From contig WELB01000006.1 in NCBI GenBank assembly GCA_009602725.1, forward strand, positions 916,632 through 980,631: a stretch of 64,000 nt of DNA, written 5' to 3'. The stretch is from Spirogloea muscicola. Lineage: Eukaryota. A model generated the notes under the pieces. The model did not search any database, was not told the DNA's origin, and worked only from the letters and a program-made list of their open reading frames with translations. A program made the translations under genes and the position numbers. Below are positions 51,697-64,000 of the stretch, in pieces. Positions within the stretch are counted from its first letter, which is position 1; every line of letters begins with the position of its first letter.

Positions 51697-53760
51697 TTGC
51701 TCTTCCCAAACCTTGTCCATTCCTTCGGGCTGGCCTCTCCCAGCCACCAGTTAATCTGGCCGCGCTTGCTCTTCCCAAAGCTGAAGTTAGAGAAGCAGCT
51801 CTCCCAAACGGGGCAAGGATTGCGGCAAGGGCTGTGAAAAGTCAGCTACAAGAGAGTGAACAAGGTGTGAGATAGGCGATGGCTGTGTGAGAGCAAACCT
51901 GAGACAGAGAAGCAGTTCTTCCATCGGTGGCGAGGGCTGTGTAAAGAGAAGAAGTGGCTCTCTCAAGGCCAGCCCACACAGTGGCTCTCCCAATGGGGGC
52001 AAGGGCTGTGAAAAGCCAGTACGAAAAGAATTGACAAAGGTTCGAAGGGGCCAAATGACAGAGGGGCCTAATATGCTAAGCAGCTACGAAGGGGCCTGAA
52101 GAAGAAAAGGCTCTCTCAAGGCCAGCCCACAAACGAGAGAGAGGGTCCAAGGTCCAAATGAGGCCGGAAAGTGTGAGAAGTGTGAATAGTGAAGCGGCTG
52201 CGGAAGTCCAGCCCAATGTAGAGTGGACAAGGTCCAGAGGGGCCGCCGGAAAGAAGCAAGCGCGGCCAGATTAACTGGTGGCTAAGAGAGGCCACAGCCC
52301 AAGGGAATGGCCAAGCGCCGGAACGTGCTACGAACGGGGAGGAGAGGAAACAACTGCAAAGTAGATTGGAGTGGCTAATCTTGCTGGGAAACCCAACCCT
52401 ACTAGCCACGCGCCCGTCTGCTGTCCGCACAGCGTCGTACAGTGCAAACACGTCCTCGTGGCGGCTTTCTCAGCGCCCCGACGTGCGGCACGCGCGGGGT
52501 CCCCACTAATAAGTATCTCCGCTCGGATGAGGATAGAGGAATCGTCTGCCTGGCGGGGCCCACTGGATATTTTTTACAGAAGAGGGACGCTTCCTGGAGA
52601 GGGCGGTGGCTGTGAGAGGAGAAGGGCTCGCCCAGAGAGGATAGGGGCTGGAAAAGGCCAGCCCCAAAAAGAATGAACGAAGTGCGAGAAGGGGCAAGAG
52701 CTGTGAGAGGCCAGCCCGAAAAAAGAGATAATTTTGAGCCTCAATACGACGGGGGACTCCTACGCGTCCCACAAGCGCGGCCAGATTAACTGGTGGCTGG
52801 GAGACGTCAGCCCAAAGGAATGGACAAGGTCTGAAGGAGCCGGAGTGCTAAGGACTAAGACAGCAGCAAGCGAATTCTCAGTAACCTCTAGTCAGTAGAT
52901 GCAAATCTAAATAGCTAGCATGCGGAAAGACGTCGCCCTGACGGAAGCCGGAGGCTCCCGCCAGAGCGCGGCCTCAAGAAGCAAGCGCAGCCAAATTTAC
53001 TGGTGGCTGGGAGAGGCCAGCCCAAAAGAATGGACAAGACGCCTGCGCGCAAGTGGACCGCGGAAGCTGCAAAGAGACGGCCAGGCGCATCCGGAAGACT
53101 TCCCCTGGCCCCTTCTCGTCCTTTGTTCATTCTTTTTTGGGCTGGCTTTTTCCAGCCCCTATCCTCAATGGGCGAGCCCATTCTTCTCGAAGACTTGAGC
53201 GAGGGACCCGGCGACGTGGAAGCCAGGCTGCTCGCCCTGCTGCCCGTGGGGGCGGGCCGCTGCTCGCCGCGCAAGGCGGTGAAGCAGGTCGAGCCATTTG
53301 GCGCCAAGGCGCCGTGTACGTTGACGTCCCAGGTGGTGGGGAAAGCCCAGGAACCCGGTATTTTCTCCAGGTGAAAGCAGAAGCAGGGATATTCTCTCTT
53401 CTCTCGCTATCTCGCTATAGAAGAAAGAAGAAAGAAATTGCTCGCCCATGGAAAAAGAGGGGCTAGCAATGCCACCACCAGAAAAGAATGGACAATAACA
53501 GAAGGCCACAAAAACTGTGATAAGGATGTGTAACAACGAGAAATGAAGCTCTTCCAAAGTGGCGAGGGCCGTAAAAGTAAGATCATCCAAAATCACACAG
53601 GTATGCAAGGGACTCCTATGCTCATCAGAAGGGGCGAGGGCTTGTGAAAGGCCACCCCGAACAGAATGGACAATGTCCTAGCAAAGAAAAGTAAACAGCT
53701 CTTCCAAATTGACAACAATGGCTGTGAGAGGCCAGCCCAAAGAAATTGACGAGGTACGAA
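51697..53760. mobile_element. Dense nested cluster of CRE-like LINE 3' ends; longest copy 52772-53330 (-) carries two nested insertions
   Basis: 52772-53330 is collinear with 29578-29980 apart from inserts at 52975-53040 and 53102-53188, each flanked by a target-site duplication. Confidence 0.87.
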
Positions 53761-54349
53761 AAGCGAAGTGGCCACTTAGTACTCCAGGCGTTTCTAGGTG
53801 CTGCCTGGCGCTGCAAGCCTTCAGCGCTTTGTTTGAAGCACATGACGCCACACCTGTGCACCGGCAGGCAGGACGCACCTGGCCCTCCAACTCTGGGTAT
53901 TGCCTCGACGTGTTGATTACAAAGTCCACAAGCTTCTTCTCTTTCTGCTGCTACTTTCACAGCTATTGCCAAGTTGGAATAGCTTGTCCTTCTTCTGAGT
54001 GCTGCTTACTTCAACCAGCGGCTGTTGATCAGAAGTAACAAATAATGACAATCAGTCGTGAATGCCATTTGCTTAGTTGCGCTGTTTGCGCTTCTGCTCA
54101 TTCTGAGCCTTGCGCACTCTATTTGGGCTGCCCTTCAATTGCAAACGCCCCCGCTCAGATGAAGTTATCCTCTTTTCCGTCTTATCCTCATTACTATCGT
54201 ACAAGAGGGGACGATGACTGTAAAAGGGCAGCCAAAAAGACTGGACGGGTTAAGAAGCGGAAAGCATGCAGCTTAGCAATTGGGTACTAGGAAGCTTGTC
54301 AGTAATCACTAGTCAACAGTCACAAGTCGGGATATCTAGCAGCAGTGAA

Positions 54350-57282
54350 ATAAGTGCAAAGACAGAAGGTTTTTGGAGTCGCCGCGCCAAGATCTAGAAC
54401 GGGCAGCCTGGGCGCGACCTGCCCGGTGATGCGCATGGCGACCCCTATCCTCAATGAGCGAGCCCTTCTTCTCCTGAAGGGCTCTACGAGGGAGAGCACT
54501 GCCCTCCAAGGGAGAACACCTTCTCGTTCTCTGCAGAGAACGCGAGCTGCTTCTACAACAGATGCGATGGTTTCTGAAGTGCACGACCAGTGTGGTGAAA
54601 ACAGGAATCATCTCTTTAGGAAATATGCCAGCTCCTCCGTAGGGCCAGTCTGTATCAGTGACATAGTCCGACAGAGTCAGCAAAAACTGGTTGATGCAGC
54701 ATGGTTTATCATCGTCGTGCTAATGTGCTAATGTGATAAGGCAAGCTTACTTAGACAGCAAATCGACGACCGACAGACATGGTGCAGAAATAAGACACTG
54801 TGATCATTGTGACAAGCTGTTTGAGCAGCTTTTGCTCGACCCAGCCTTGCAAGGCGAAGGCCAGTGAGGCCCTGCCAGGGAATGGACAAGATGTGATGAG
54901 CTAGCTGGTATGTGCACAAGACGCCGTGAGCTAGCTGGTACGTCTGCTTTGACTTGACTACCTTCTGGCAGGAGCACGGCAAGCAAGGATATGGACACCT
55001 CCTCTCCACGTCTTCTCCAGCGCCTTTGGGCCTTGTTCACTCATTTGTGGGCTCGCTTTACTCAGCCCTCAACCCCTCAACCCCCTTGGAAGAGCTTCTT
55101 CTTCTTCTTAAGCCTCCTCAGCTTGCTGAAATGCCAGGAATTCGACGTTCAGATGGACAAATCTGTGGCGTGCTTGTCTGCGTACATGGACGCCTTGAAA
55201 GGCACGCGCAAGTATGAACACGGTCTGCCAAGAGCATTTGGCAGAGCAATTTCGTACCAGAGTGCATGGTACAACGGTCACCAAATGTAACAGACTGCGG
55301 AAGTGAAAGCGACCACGTTAGAAGGCGCATCAAGAATGGATGACATGTCAGTAGAGTGCACAAATTGTTGGAAGTACTCGCTAGCAGAGTGGGCCCTGAT
55401 ACTACACAGGCAGCAGCAGCTCTCAGACGACATGAACTCTGTCCATTCTTTTCTGGGCTGGCTTTGCTAGCCCCTTTTTTTCTATGGGCGAGCAATTTCT
55501 TCTGTAGCTCACACAGCACTTGGAGGTTTGCGCAGAACGGTTCAGGGAAGCAAATATCCCGGCAGAAGCAGATTTGCAGCAGCTTATGCAAGTTCGACTT
55601 AAAGGAAAGCTTCGCAGACCAAATTATGTCAGATAGTCTGGAAAAGCCAGACAGTACTTGGCAACCTCTGTCAGAGTATTTTGAAGTGCTCCCCAAAGTC
55701 GAGAAGTGCTGCTTGCAGCTCAAGTTAAGTCCTTGAAGGTGCTGAATGAAGAACCAGCTAGTGCCAAGGGCGTCAGTAAGACAAGGGACAGCGTGCACGC
55801 TGGAGTTACCCAGCCGATTCGGTAAGGCCAAATTTTGTCGGCAGGCCGACCCCTCCCGCCACCTCTGCGGGCATGCTACCTGCAGCGGACAGTCGCCCCA
55901 ATAGGCATGGTGGGCGAGCTCTACAAGGAATTCGACAAGTCCCTTCTGCAGGCCCTGGCATCCCTTCTATATTCTTCATCTTTCCTCTCCGCTTCATCCC
56001 TCCAAGAAGAAGTGGCTCTCCCAATGGGGACAAGGGCTGTGAAAAGCCAGCCCGACATGAATTGACAACGGTTCGAAGGGGCCAAAATGAATCCCTCCAG
56101 GCTTCCCTCCCCACTCGCATGGGCGACCTTGTCTGCCGGTCGTTGGAGCAGACGGTGCAAGCAGCCGTCCTGGGCTGCTGGCACCAGAGCGCCTCTCTGC
56201 TTCACATGCGCTTCCCTTGCCTCCACGACCCCGTACGCAATGTGGAGGAAGGCTCCTTCCCCTTTCCAAGGGGATCTGAGGAGCATCCGTGACTCGGCAA
56301 TCGCCTCTTTTCCTTCCCTACAACTACTTACGCCATTCTCCGCCCTCGCACAAGCTTCAGATAGAGGGGCTGGTCCAGACTGGTTACGGCAGTGGAAGTT
56401 GAGCGCGGCAGAAGGTTGAGAAGGCTGCCAGAGATTCACAACAATCCAAGGAGACTGGCAAGACTTACTTCTCTCGCTACACCTGGTGCCACCGACTGGA
56501 TCCCTTCACACGCCGTCGCCAACGCCTTCAGCATCAGCTCCGAGGCCTTTCGGACGTTGCTTCGACTCTCCCTCGGACTCCCACCTAAATGCCTGATTGG
56601 GGTGCGCCAGTGTGAGCGTGGCTTCCGTGCAGAGGGTGCTGAGCCACTCACACGCTGCGATGCCCCACTGGACCAGAAGTGGTGGGCATCCACAACCTCC
56701 TCCGCAATGCCCTACGGTTTGATGCGCTACGCCGGGTACTGTGCGATCGTGGAAGTCAACAACATCATGCCTATCACCACGAATGCCCAGGGACGTCATC
56801 ATCGCTGCACATTTGACATTGTGGGCGTGCAATCTGGTGGAGGACCACGGGCCTTTGTCGATGTTGTTATTACGGAGGCCTATAAAGGTCCAGCATCCAC
56901 GCACATTGCTGGCCACGCAGTGGGCAGTGCAGAACAAAGAAAGCTGCAGTACTACTCCGATTACCCCAAATGCGATCAGCTCCTGCCAGCGGCAGTCGAC
57001 ATCTTTGGCTGTGTGGGTCCTCGTTTCCACACTCTCCTTCAGAATATTCCCAATCCAGGCGACACACGACATGCAGATGTGTTCCTGGCTGAGTTGGGCT
57101 TGCCAGCTGCATATCTGTCATTCTTGCAACGAAGAGTTTCGGCCTGTTTGCAGCGTGCTCAGGCTAATGCTTTGCACCAGAAAGCTGGGCGAGTTCTAGT
57201 TGGTGGCAGAAGGGCTTCGTATCTGCCATCTAGTATTCAGGCATCCATTAGCGACCCTTATGTTTTGACCCGTGGTTACTGA
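54350..57282 (+). mobile_element. Degenerate CRE-clade-like non-LTR retrotransposon (decayed RT plus C-terminal restriction-like endonuclease), interrupted by younger short insertions
   Basis: RT remnants VGPVCISDIVRQ (~RPIAVGE..RR) and QATLP; ORF 56392-57282 has GATDWI...FRTLLRLSLGLP, Cys residues, FDIV...AFVDVVI...AEQRKLQYY...LPAAVDIFG...QRRVSACLQRAQA, the usual CRE-type RLE layout; the RHD-type motif appears deleted. Confidence 0.8.
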
Positions 57283-57397
57283 GCGGGTCATTCTGCTGTA
57301 GGTTATGTAGGTCTTCAGATGTGCGTGCCTTTGTACTTGGCCGTTTGGCCATTTGGCCCACGTTTGTTTCAATTACACGAAAATTTTATAAGCAGCC

Positions 57398-60034
57398 ATG
57401 GCCGCGCTGCACCCTGGCGCCGCCGCGGCGGCGGCGGCGGCGGCAAGGCCGCGTCGTTGGCGCTCCACTGCCGGNTCCTCCGGCAGGACGGCGCCGCTGG
57501 AGTCGTCGGCGGCGGCGGCGGCGGCGGCGGTAGCGAGGCCCGGGCGCTGCCGCCGCCGCTGGTGCTGGTGCACGGCAGCTACCACGCGGCGTGGTGCTGG
57601 GCGCCCCACTGGATGCCCCACCTGGCCGCCGCCGGCCACGACGTGCACGCCGTCAGCCTCCTCGGCCAAGTAGGTGCGCCGCCGACTGGCTGCGATCCCC
57701 TGCTGGGCGCCCGCAGACGCCCTGCCGTGGTCCTCACCCAAGATAGTGGCCGCGCGCTCTCGCCCAGCTGGCCTGTCCACTGCGAGGTGGTACTGTTGAG
57801 CCGCCGTCGTGGGCTCGTCAATGCCGAGCTCAACACTGACTGCTGCTGCTTGCATTGCCAGGGCGGGAGTGACGTCCCAGCCGGGCGCGTTGCTGGGACC
57901 CTCCAAGTACTCTTCCAAAAAGCCCTGCCCTCACCTCGCCCCTCCGAGCAATGACCTTCCGATTAACTGAATGCATTCGCGAATAATAGGAGCAAATTAA
58001 GCCCCAAGCGCCACCCTCCCCTGGGACTCTGACACACACAGCCAGACACGCAGCTGCTCCTCGTGCGTGGGCTGCTCGCCGAGCATCAGTTGTGCAGGCC
58101 AACAGGATTACTGAAGTTGGGGCATTGACTCTGGATTGCTTAGATCTTATGCTTTCACACAGAGTGCTCGTTTGGAGATGAGAGCCCTGGGGCCTCTGCT
58201 GCCGCATGCCTTACGTTTTACGCACAGGTGGTGCTGCTACATAAGAGGGCTGCCATCAGTGGGGGATTGGGGCCGGCGGTTGCTTGACCGGAGCTCCCCT
58301 GGTGCCATGCTCTCTTCCAGAACAGGAGCACGCGGACTGCGTGGCAGACTTCATTGGCACCTTGCAGCGGCCGCCCGTTCTGATCGGCCACTCCTTTGGG
58401 GGTCTCATTGTGCAAGCCTACCTCGCAGAGAAGGAGCAGAGTGCCGGGGACAGGACTGGTCAGCACGCCGTCCTTGCCATCCTCTGCTGCAGCAATGTCA
58501 ACGTCAACATGCTATTGACATCAGGCTCCTCCTTTGCTTATACTGGGAACTGGGTCTTGCATATACTTTGCTCACCGTCCTGATGGCAAGTGTGCGCAAC
58601 ATATCAGGAACATCATTTCCCGTGCTGGCTGGGGCTGTCCTTGCGTGCTCCGTTCCTCCCACCGGCAATTCGTAAGCTCCGTTGCTTTCGTCAAGTGACC
58701 ATGGGTGGAAGAAAGGCAATCTTGAATGCTGTGCCTATATTCAGATGATATTGCACCTGTCAACATGGACTTAGTGCATTGTCTCTATGTCACTCATTAC
58801 AGCTGCGGTGCAGCCTAATGCAATCAAGGATTGCAAAACTTCTCGATCACAAGTCCTCACTTTCTGCAGCAGGGTTACAGCCTCTAGGAGTAGGCTTGGT
58901 TGTGCTTGATGGTCTGAGGGGTAATATGTTGAGGCCCAACTACTTAGGATGCCTAAAGCATCACGTTAGCTCTCCCTGGCAGATCTGAGTTGATGCCAAA
59001 CAACCTGATCAAAATTCAGCAGCCTAGAGTATCCCCTCCTTCAAGTGTTAATGCTTTCCCCCATGCTTTCCCCCTCTTTCTCTCTACTTCCCCCGTTGCT
59101 CCGCAGGCAAGTCTTAAGCCTACCTTTTCTGGTCGCAGAAAGATGATCGCAAGGTATTTCAGGGAGCGGCCACGTGAAAGTCTTCAGGTCAGTTTGACCG
59201 TATGCCTTGCAAGGGGCTTCCCACACTTGACTGGCAAAGTTGCATCAGATTTTTCTTTGCCCTCTACATGCAATACAATAAGATGTATGGTTGCAAAGTT
59301 GAGACAGCAGCGCTTGTAGACTTGACAGTGTGGGCTTCTCCAGTCATGCATTGTTGCTGCTAACAACACATTTGTTGGGCCTGGATGAGATAGATTTTCT
59401 GGAGTTTGGCAGCCAAGCGCTTCATGAGCAATGTCCCGCTGTGCCGCAAGACCTTTTTCTCGCGCTCCATGCTGGACACTGAGGTTGCCAAGTAAGGTCG
59501 CTTGCAAGCCTGAGGCTGGGGATGGGTAGTACTTTTCGACTGCCTTGTCACACATGCCTTCTGAAAGTCCTTAACCGCAAAGTCTGGCAGCCCCACCTTG
59601 TGAATCCGTTCAGGTACCAGGACCTAATGCGAAGCAGCTCCAAGGTGCCGCTCCTTGACCTCAGGCAGCTGAGCAACTCCCTCCCAGTGCGCAGTCCAGG
59701 CTGCAACCGACCACCAATCCTGGTCCTCGGCGCCGAGAATGACTTTATTGTGGTCAGGCCCAGGACTAATCTTCCCGATCTGCTATTTGAAGGATTTTGT
59801 TACTGGCCAGCGATGCGATTATTGTGATGCTAGGTTGCAGGTTTTAAGCCATCCAACTTTGAGCTGAATGACTCTGCTCATTATGGCTGGCAGGACCGTG
59901 TAGGACTTGAAGAGACAGCAGACTTTTTCAGTACGGAAGCAGTAGTGGTGCCGGATGTTGCTCACGATTTAATGCTAGACACAGGATGGAAATGCGCTGC
60001 AAATGCTGTCCAGCAATGGCTGATGGGCGTCTAG
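57398..60034 (+). CDS. Alpha/beta-hydrolase fold protein (At5g38360-like) with a transit-peptide-like N-terminus
   Basis: LVLVHGSYHAAWCW; nucleophile motif GHSFGG; LVLGAENDFIV; VAHDLMLD; about 8 exons; TAG at 60034. The single n near 57475 hides a gap because the frame changes across it. Confidence 0.9.
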
Positions 60035-60334
60035 AAGAGGGAGGAGTTCTTGCGCAGAGTTCCTCATCTAAGGAAGATAGGATTGATAATTTTCTTTCAG
60101 CGCTCACTAGAGCTACTGGAAGATGTTAAAGAATGGCTGGTATGTCAGTCCAACCTGTGTTTGCTGGACAGCCTTAGCTGTACCAGTTTGTGCCACTGTG
60201 TTCGCAGCAACGCCGCAGCCAAGACATTGTGGCATTGCAAAGCGGGCAGAAGACATGCAGCCCAGATTACAGTGGGCCAATTGCGTTCTGAAAAAGGGTC
60301 AGGGCTCCGCAGTCGAGAAGCAGTAGTGCTGGAC

Positions 60335-63300
60335 TTACTTTGGATGCGACACAAGGATGGTCGTGTGCGTGCGTGTTTCTTTGGCTCGCTCAGCAGTGTC
60401 ATAATCGCGAGCCCACCACTCAATAATCTCCTCATTTGTGTGCACCTGCAATTTGACGATCTGTAAGCAGGCCTGGACTGGTGGGGAGCAGGCCCGAGTA
60501 AAAGTCACAGAGAGTGCGCTACATGTGTCTTTTTGCGGCCTACATAGTGGTAGAGAGGACAGTGTCACCATGTCAGAGTCCATCAAATTGCTTGTCAGTG
60601 AAGCAGATGCTAAGCAGGGGTTTACAGACATGACATGAGACCTAACTACGTCTGGGCTAGAGCGGGCTGATGAAAGAGTGGGGGACGTCAGCACCTCAGA
60701 GCAGAAAGTGCGAGCACTTTTCAGAAGGTGAAGGCCTGCATAGTGGTCATGCCTCAGCGCAGTTGTCCTGACGTGCAGCCCTCCCTCAGCAGGATCCACC
60801 ACCTCATTGGATTTTGCTGCCCGCACCTGATGCATGAGAGGATGCTGGCTTGGCTAAGGTAAACAGCAGTCTGCAGATTGCTCACTCGGGCCAAACAACG
60901 ATTGCCATGCTAATGAAACAAGCAGGGAGCAGAGCCCAACAGCTCCATCTAAGCACACCCGCTGGTTGTGCGAGAGGAGAAGGTGCAGGGCGTGCTGAAG
61001 AAGATGCAGGATCGAGCCATGTGCCCAGTAGTGTGTGCACAGATGAGCCTGGCAAATATTCTGTAACCTCAGAAGCTAGACCCTTCTATGTCACGATGAC
61101 CTTGCACCTTGACAAGTACTACTATAGTAAAGATGGTCAAGTGGCCTGCCAGTCACCTTCCGAGGGTTGATGAAGAGCTTGCGGTCCCCTCGCTTGCTAG
61201 GGCACAGCTCAGGATCCACCTTGTCACTGCCCTCCTCAACGCAGAAGTAGTGGGGCCATGTAAACACCATGCGCTCGACTGGCCAGCTGTCCTTGGCCTT
61301 AGGCGGCGTGCACTTGTTGGTGCTCCACCACCGCGCACCGTGCGACAGCCATGGCTCACTCTCGTGGGCCTTGAGGATGTTTGGCAGCGGGCTGTGGGGG
61401 TCCACCCAGAGATAGTCATCCCACTCCCCCCACAGCACCCACTGGGAGTCGAATGCCGAGCGGTAGATGCAGTCGTTTAGCGCCAGCACCTGCACAGTGC
61501 CCCGAGATTGTGCAATTCTGTCAATATCAGCCCATAGCGTCCTGTGAAATGCGCGAGCCAGTGTGGCAGCAGCCGTTTGCCCCACCCTGGTAGCTCTGCC
61601 AAAGCACAGAGCCCTGTACACAGTGAAGCGCGGGGACTCGTCCAAAGGGCTTCGTTTCAGTTTTCACATGATGAGATCCGTGCTGAGGAAGGGCCCTGCA
61701 AGCATGGCTACCTGGCCAGACCTATACAGGCCAAACTTCTCGATGCCCCGTAAGGAGGTAATATGTAGCAGGCCTGTCTTCAGGAAGGGCTTCAGCTTGG
61801 CCAGCTGGGTGTTGTCCAGAGCTCCAGCATCGTAGGCTATGGACTTGTCAACGCCCAGCCCTCTGTGGAACTCCATCCATTCTGCCAGCCTCTGGCCATC
61901 CACTGGCCCTCCAGTCGCGTCGGAGATGGGCACCGAGCAGAATGTCAGCTTATGCCTGTACGGAGCTTCTGGCTCGAGCTGGTGAGCTGTCTTGACTCCG
62001 CCGTCCTCCCTGTATAGTAACACCTCTTCGTGATCAAGCGTCGCCACCAATTCTCCTCCCTTCTGGCCAGTTGCACTTTCAAGTGTGCACTGCAAATTGA
62101 TGACCCTTTCAGTTGGAAATCTCTTAAGCGATCAAGGCAATGAATAGCTAAAGCTGCAAAAAGCTTGCCAACCAAGCATGCATGCACAAGTTGACACACG
62201 AGCCTTCCTTGAGAGCTCAAGAGCTGACCAATTATGGAATGAAGAGGATGCTGCTGCATCGATGGACGAGGCCAAATGATTGGCTTGTTTGGAAATGGAG
62301 ATGACCTGAATGATGATGACCTCGTATGGCATGCGTTCCTCCTCGCCAGGGTATAGTAGCTCCACCTTGCCAAGGATCTCCTTTCCTGAGGCTCCTCGCC
62401 AAGTGCAGTCCGATACCCTTCTGTGCTGCTTGAGAACTGAAAAAGGGCAGCATGCATGCATCAGATGTGCAGGTCCTCGCACTGATCTGGACGTTGATGG
62501 ATCCAAGAAGAGGCTAATAGCATCACATTCCCACTGTTTTGAAGCAGCAAAGACGTTTGCATTTGGAAGCAGTGATACGATCCAGTGCCAAGGCATGGAA
62601 CGACCTGACTGGAACGACCTGACATTGCTGACCAAACGGTTCGCAGTCAATATCTAACAGAGGACAATGAGGCCATTGTCGTCTATAGTGTAAGTTAGCA
62701 GCTGATGAACGCCCCTTGTGTGTTTCTGGCAGCCTACCAGCTGCGCCAAAGCCGATGGTTGCAAATCTCTGCTTATCAATCCTGTATGCGCTGAATTGTA
62801 CAAAACCGTAAGGTCCACGACCCACGAACTGGTGCTGCTTCCACTCCGCTTGCATGGGAGCCGTGCTGCAGGGCAACAGGCATCAAAGTGAGGGACTTTG
62901 GATAGCTTTTGCAACGCCACGAGGTTGGCAACCTCAAGCGCCAGACCGTTGGTCCAGGCAGAAGTCAAAGTTGTGTGAGCAAGCGGCGGCCTGGAGACAA
63001 AGGGCGCACCAAAAGGAGCGTGACGGACAGTATTTCTTGCAAATCTTCAGTACATGGACAGTGAAGCACAGCACCCAATGCAGGCAACGCTTCAATGTGC
63101 GCATTGATGTCCGGAAAGGAAGGCGGGGTCAGGGGGGTTTTCTTGGCAGACATGAGATAGAGAGAGCTGCGGTGGCATAGCTTGCATCCCGGCCGGAAGT
63201 GGCAGACCGCAACGGAGGGCCAGAGAAGCAATCTGCTGGTCATGAGGCACAAACCTCACAACATCGGCGAGCCTGGACTCGCATTCTCGGCGCATGGTGT

Positions 63301-63448
63301 GCTTCATCTCGTGGATGTTGAAGTGAATGGAGAGGAGCAGGTATTTGATGGCGAACAGCAAGCAGATGATGAGCGAGACCGTGCCAAACTTCTTGGTCAG
63401 CCGCACCCAGAGTGGGTCCCCAACCACCTTCTTCATGGTTGCGACCAT
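60335..63448 (-). CDS. Glycosyltransferase family 92 (DUF23), galactan beta-1,4-galactosyltransferase GALS-like
   Basis: N-terminal TM segment (FGTVSLIICLLFAIKYLLL); YGFVQFSAYR; RLAEWMEFH...IAYDAG; GQ|VLALNDCIYRS...WVLWGEWDDYLW; ERMVF; GDRKLFINPRKV; HDHYAG. Start could be 63448 or 63436. Confidence 0.82.
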
Positions 63449-64000
63449 GACAGGAGGCGCCGACGGGCCCGCCGGGCCGGGGACGGCCGGGTCCTCCTCT
63501 CGCACCAGAGCGAGTCCTGCGAGGGCCTCTGAGCAGCCGTGCTCAGAAGGCTGGGCAGCTCGGGGAGGCCATGCTGCAGCCGGGGCCCGCGACGCCGGCG
63601 CCGCTCGCGAGCGCGGTGGCAGCCGCCGGCGGCGTCGGCGGCGGAGCNGGATTGGGGGGGGGGGTGGATCGGGGGCTCTCCTTGATGGCTTTCTTCTGTT
63701 GTTGGCGCAGGCGTCTTGTCCTGACCTCTGCTGCTCAACAGCTGTTGAGCACCCAGCGGCCACTCTTAGTCGCTATGTGCCTCACGCTTTTCCGGCCCCC
63801 TTGGCTCACTTCAACTCCGGCCTGGCCAACCGCCGTCGCACCATAGTGAAAGTATCCTGTGGCTTTTTGTCCGGTGGCGCCCGGCTTCAAAGTGCGGGCT
63901 GTGCCTTTCGCCAGGGCCCTGCGGTGGGCCCCTGCGGGACGCCTTGGGCTGAGAAGGCGCCAGCATGGGCGCCGCACAGCGGGGCCCCACGGCGCCGGCC

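Overview
Eukaryotic nuclear DNA with intron-rich, plant-like genes and very GC-rich first exons; most consistent with a streptophyte green alga (inference from gene content only). It is a draft assembly with N gaps. About 13 protein-coding genes are supported: organellar RecG helicase, a secreted 10-Cys peptide, a HAD-IIA hydrolase, ER glucosidase I (GCS1/MOGS), three acidic LEA-like/unknown proteins, a TPR plus J-like protein, SLX1, an SVOP/OCT7-like MFS transporter, an unknown protein, an alpha/beta hydrolase and a GT92 galactosyltransferase. Intergenic blocks (about 11.5-12.6, 26.9-31.9, 35.0-36.9 and 51.7-57.3 kb) are packed with nested, heavily 5'-truncated copies of several CRE-like (restriction-like endonuclease) non-LTR retrotransposon families. 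These share a hairpin-containing 3' end, and several have visible target-site duplications, including filled/empty site pairs inside the window. Other notable items: a probable group IIA intron 5' half (domains I-III) in nuclear context at about 30.46-31.15 kb, at least five GC-AG introns, an ABRE/G-box cluster between two LEA-like genes, and a 4-unit ~122-bp tandem repeat with dimeric higher-order structure. All calls come from reading the sequence; no searches were run.
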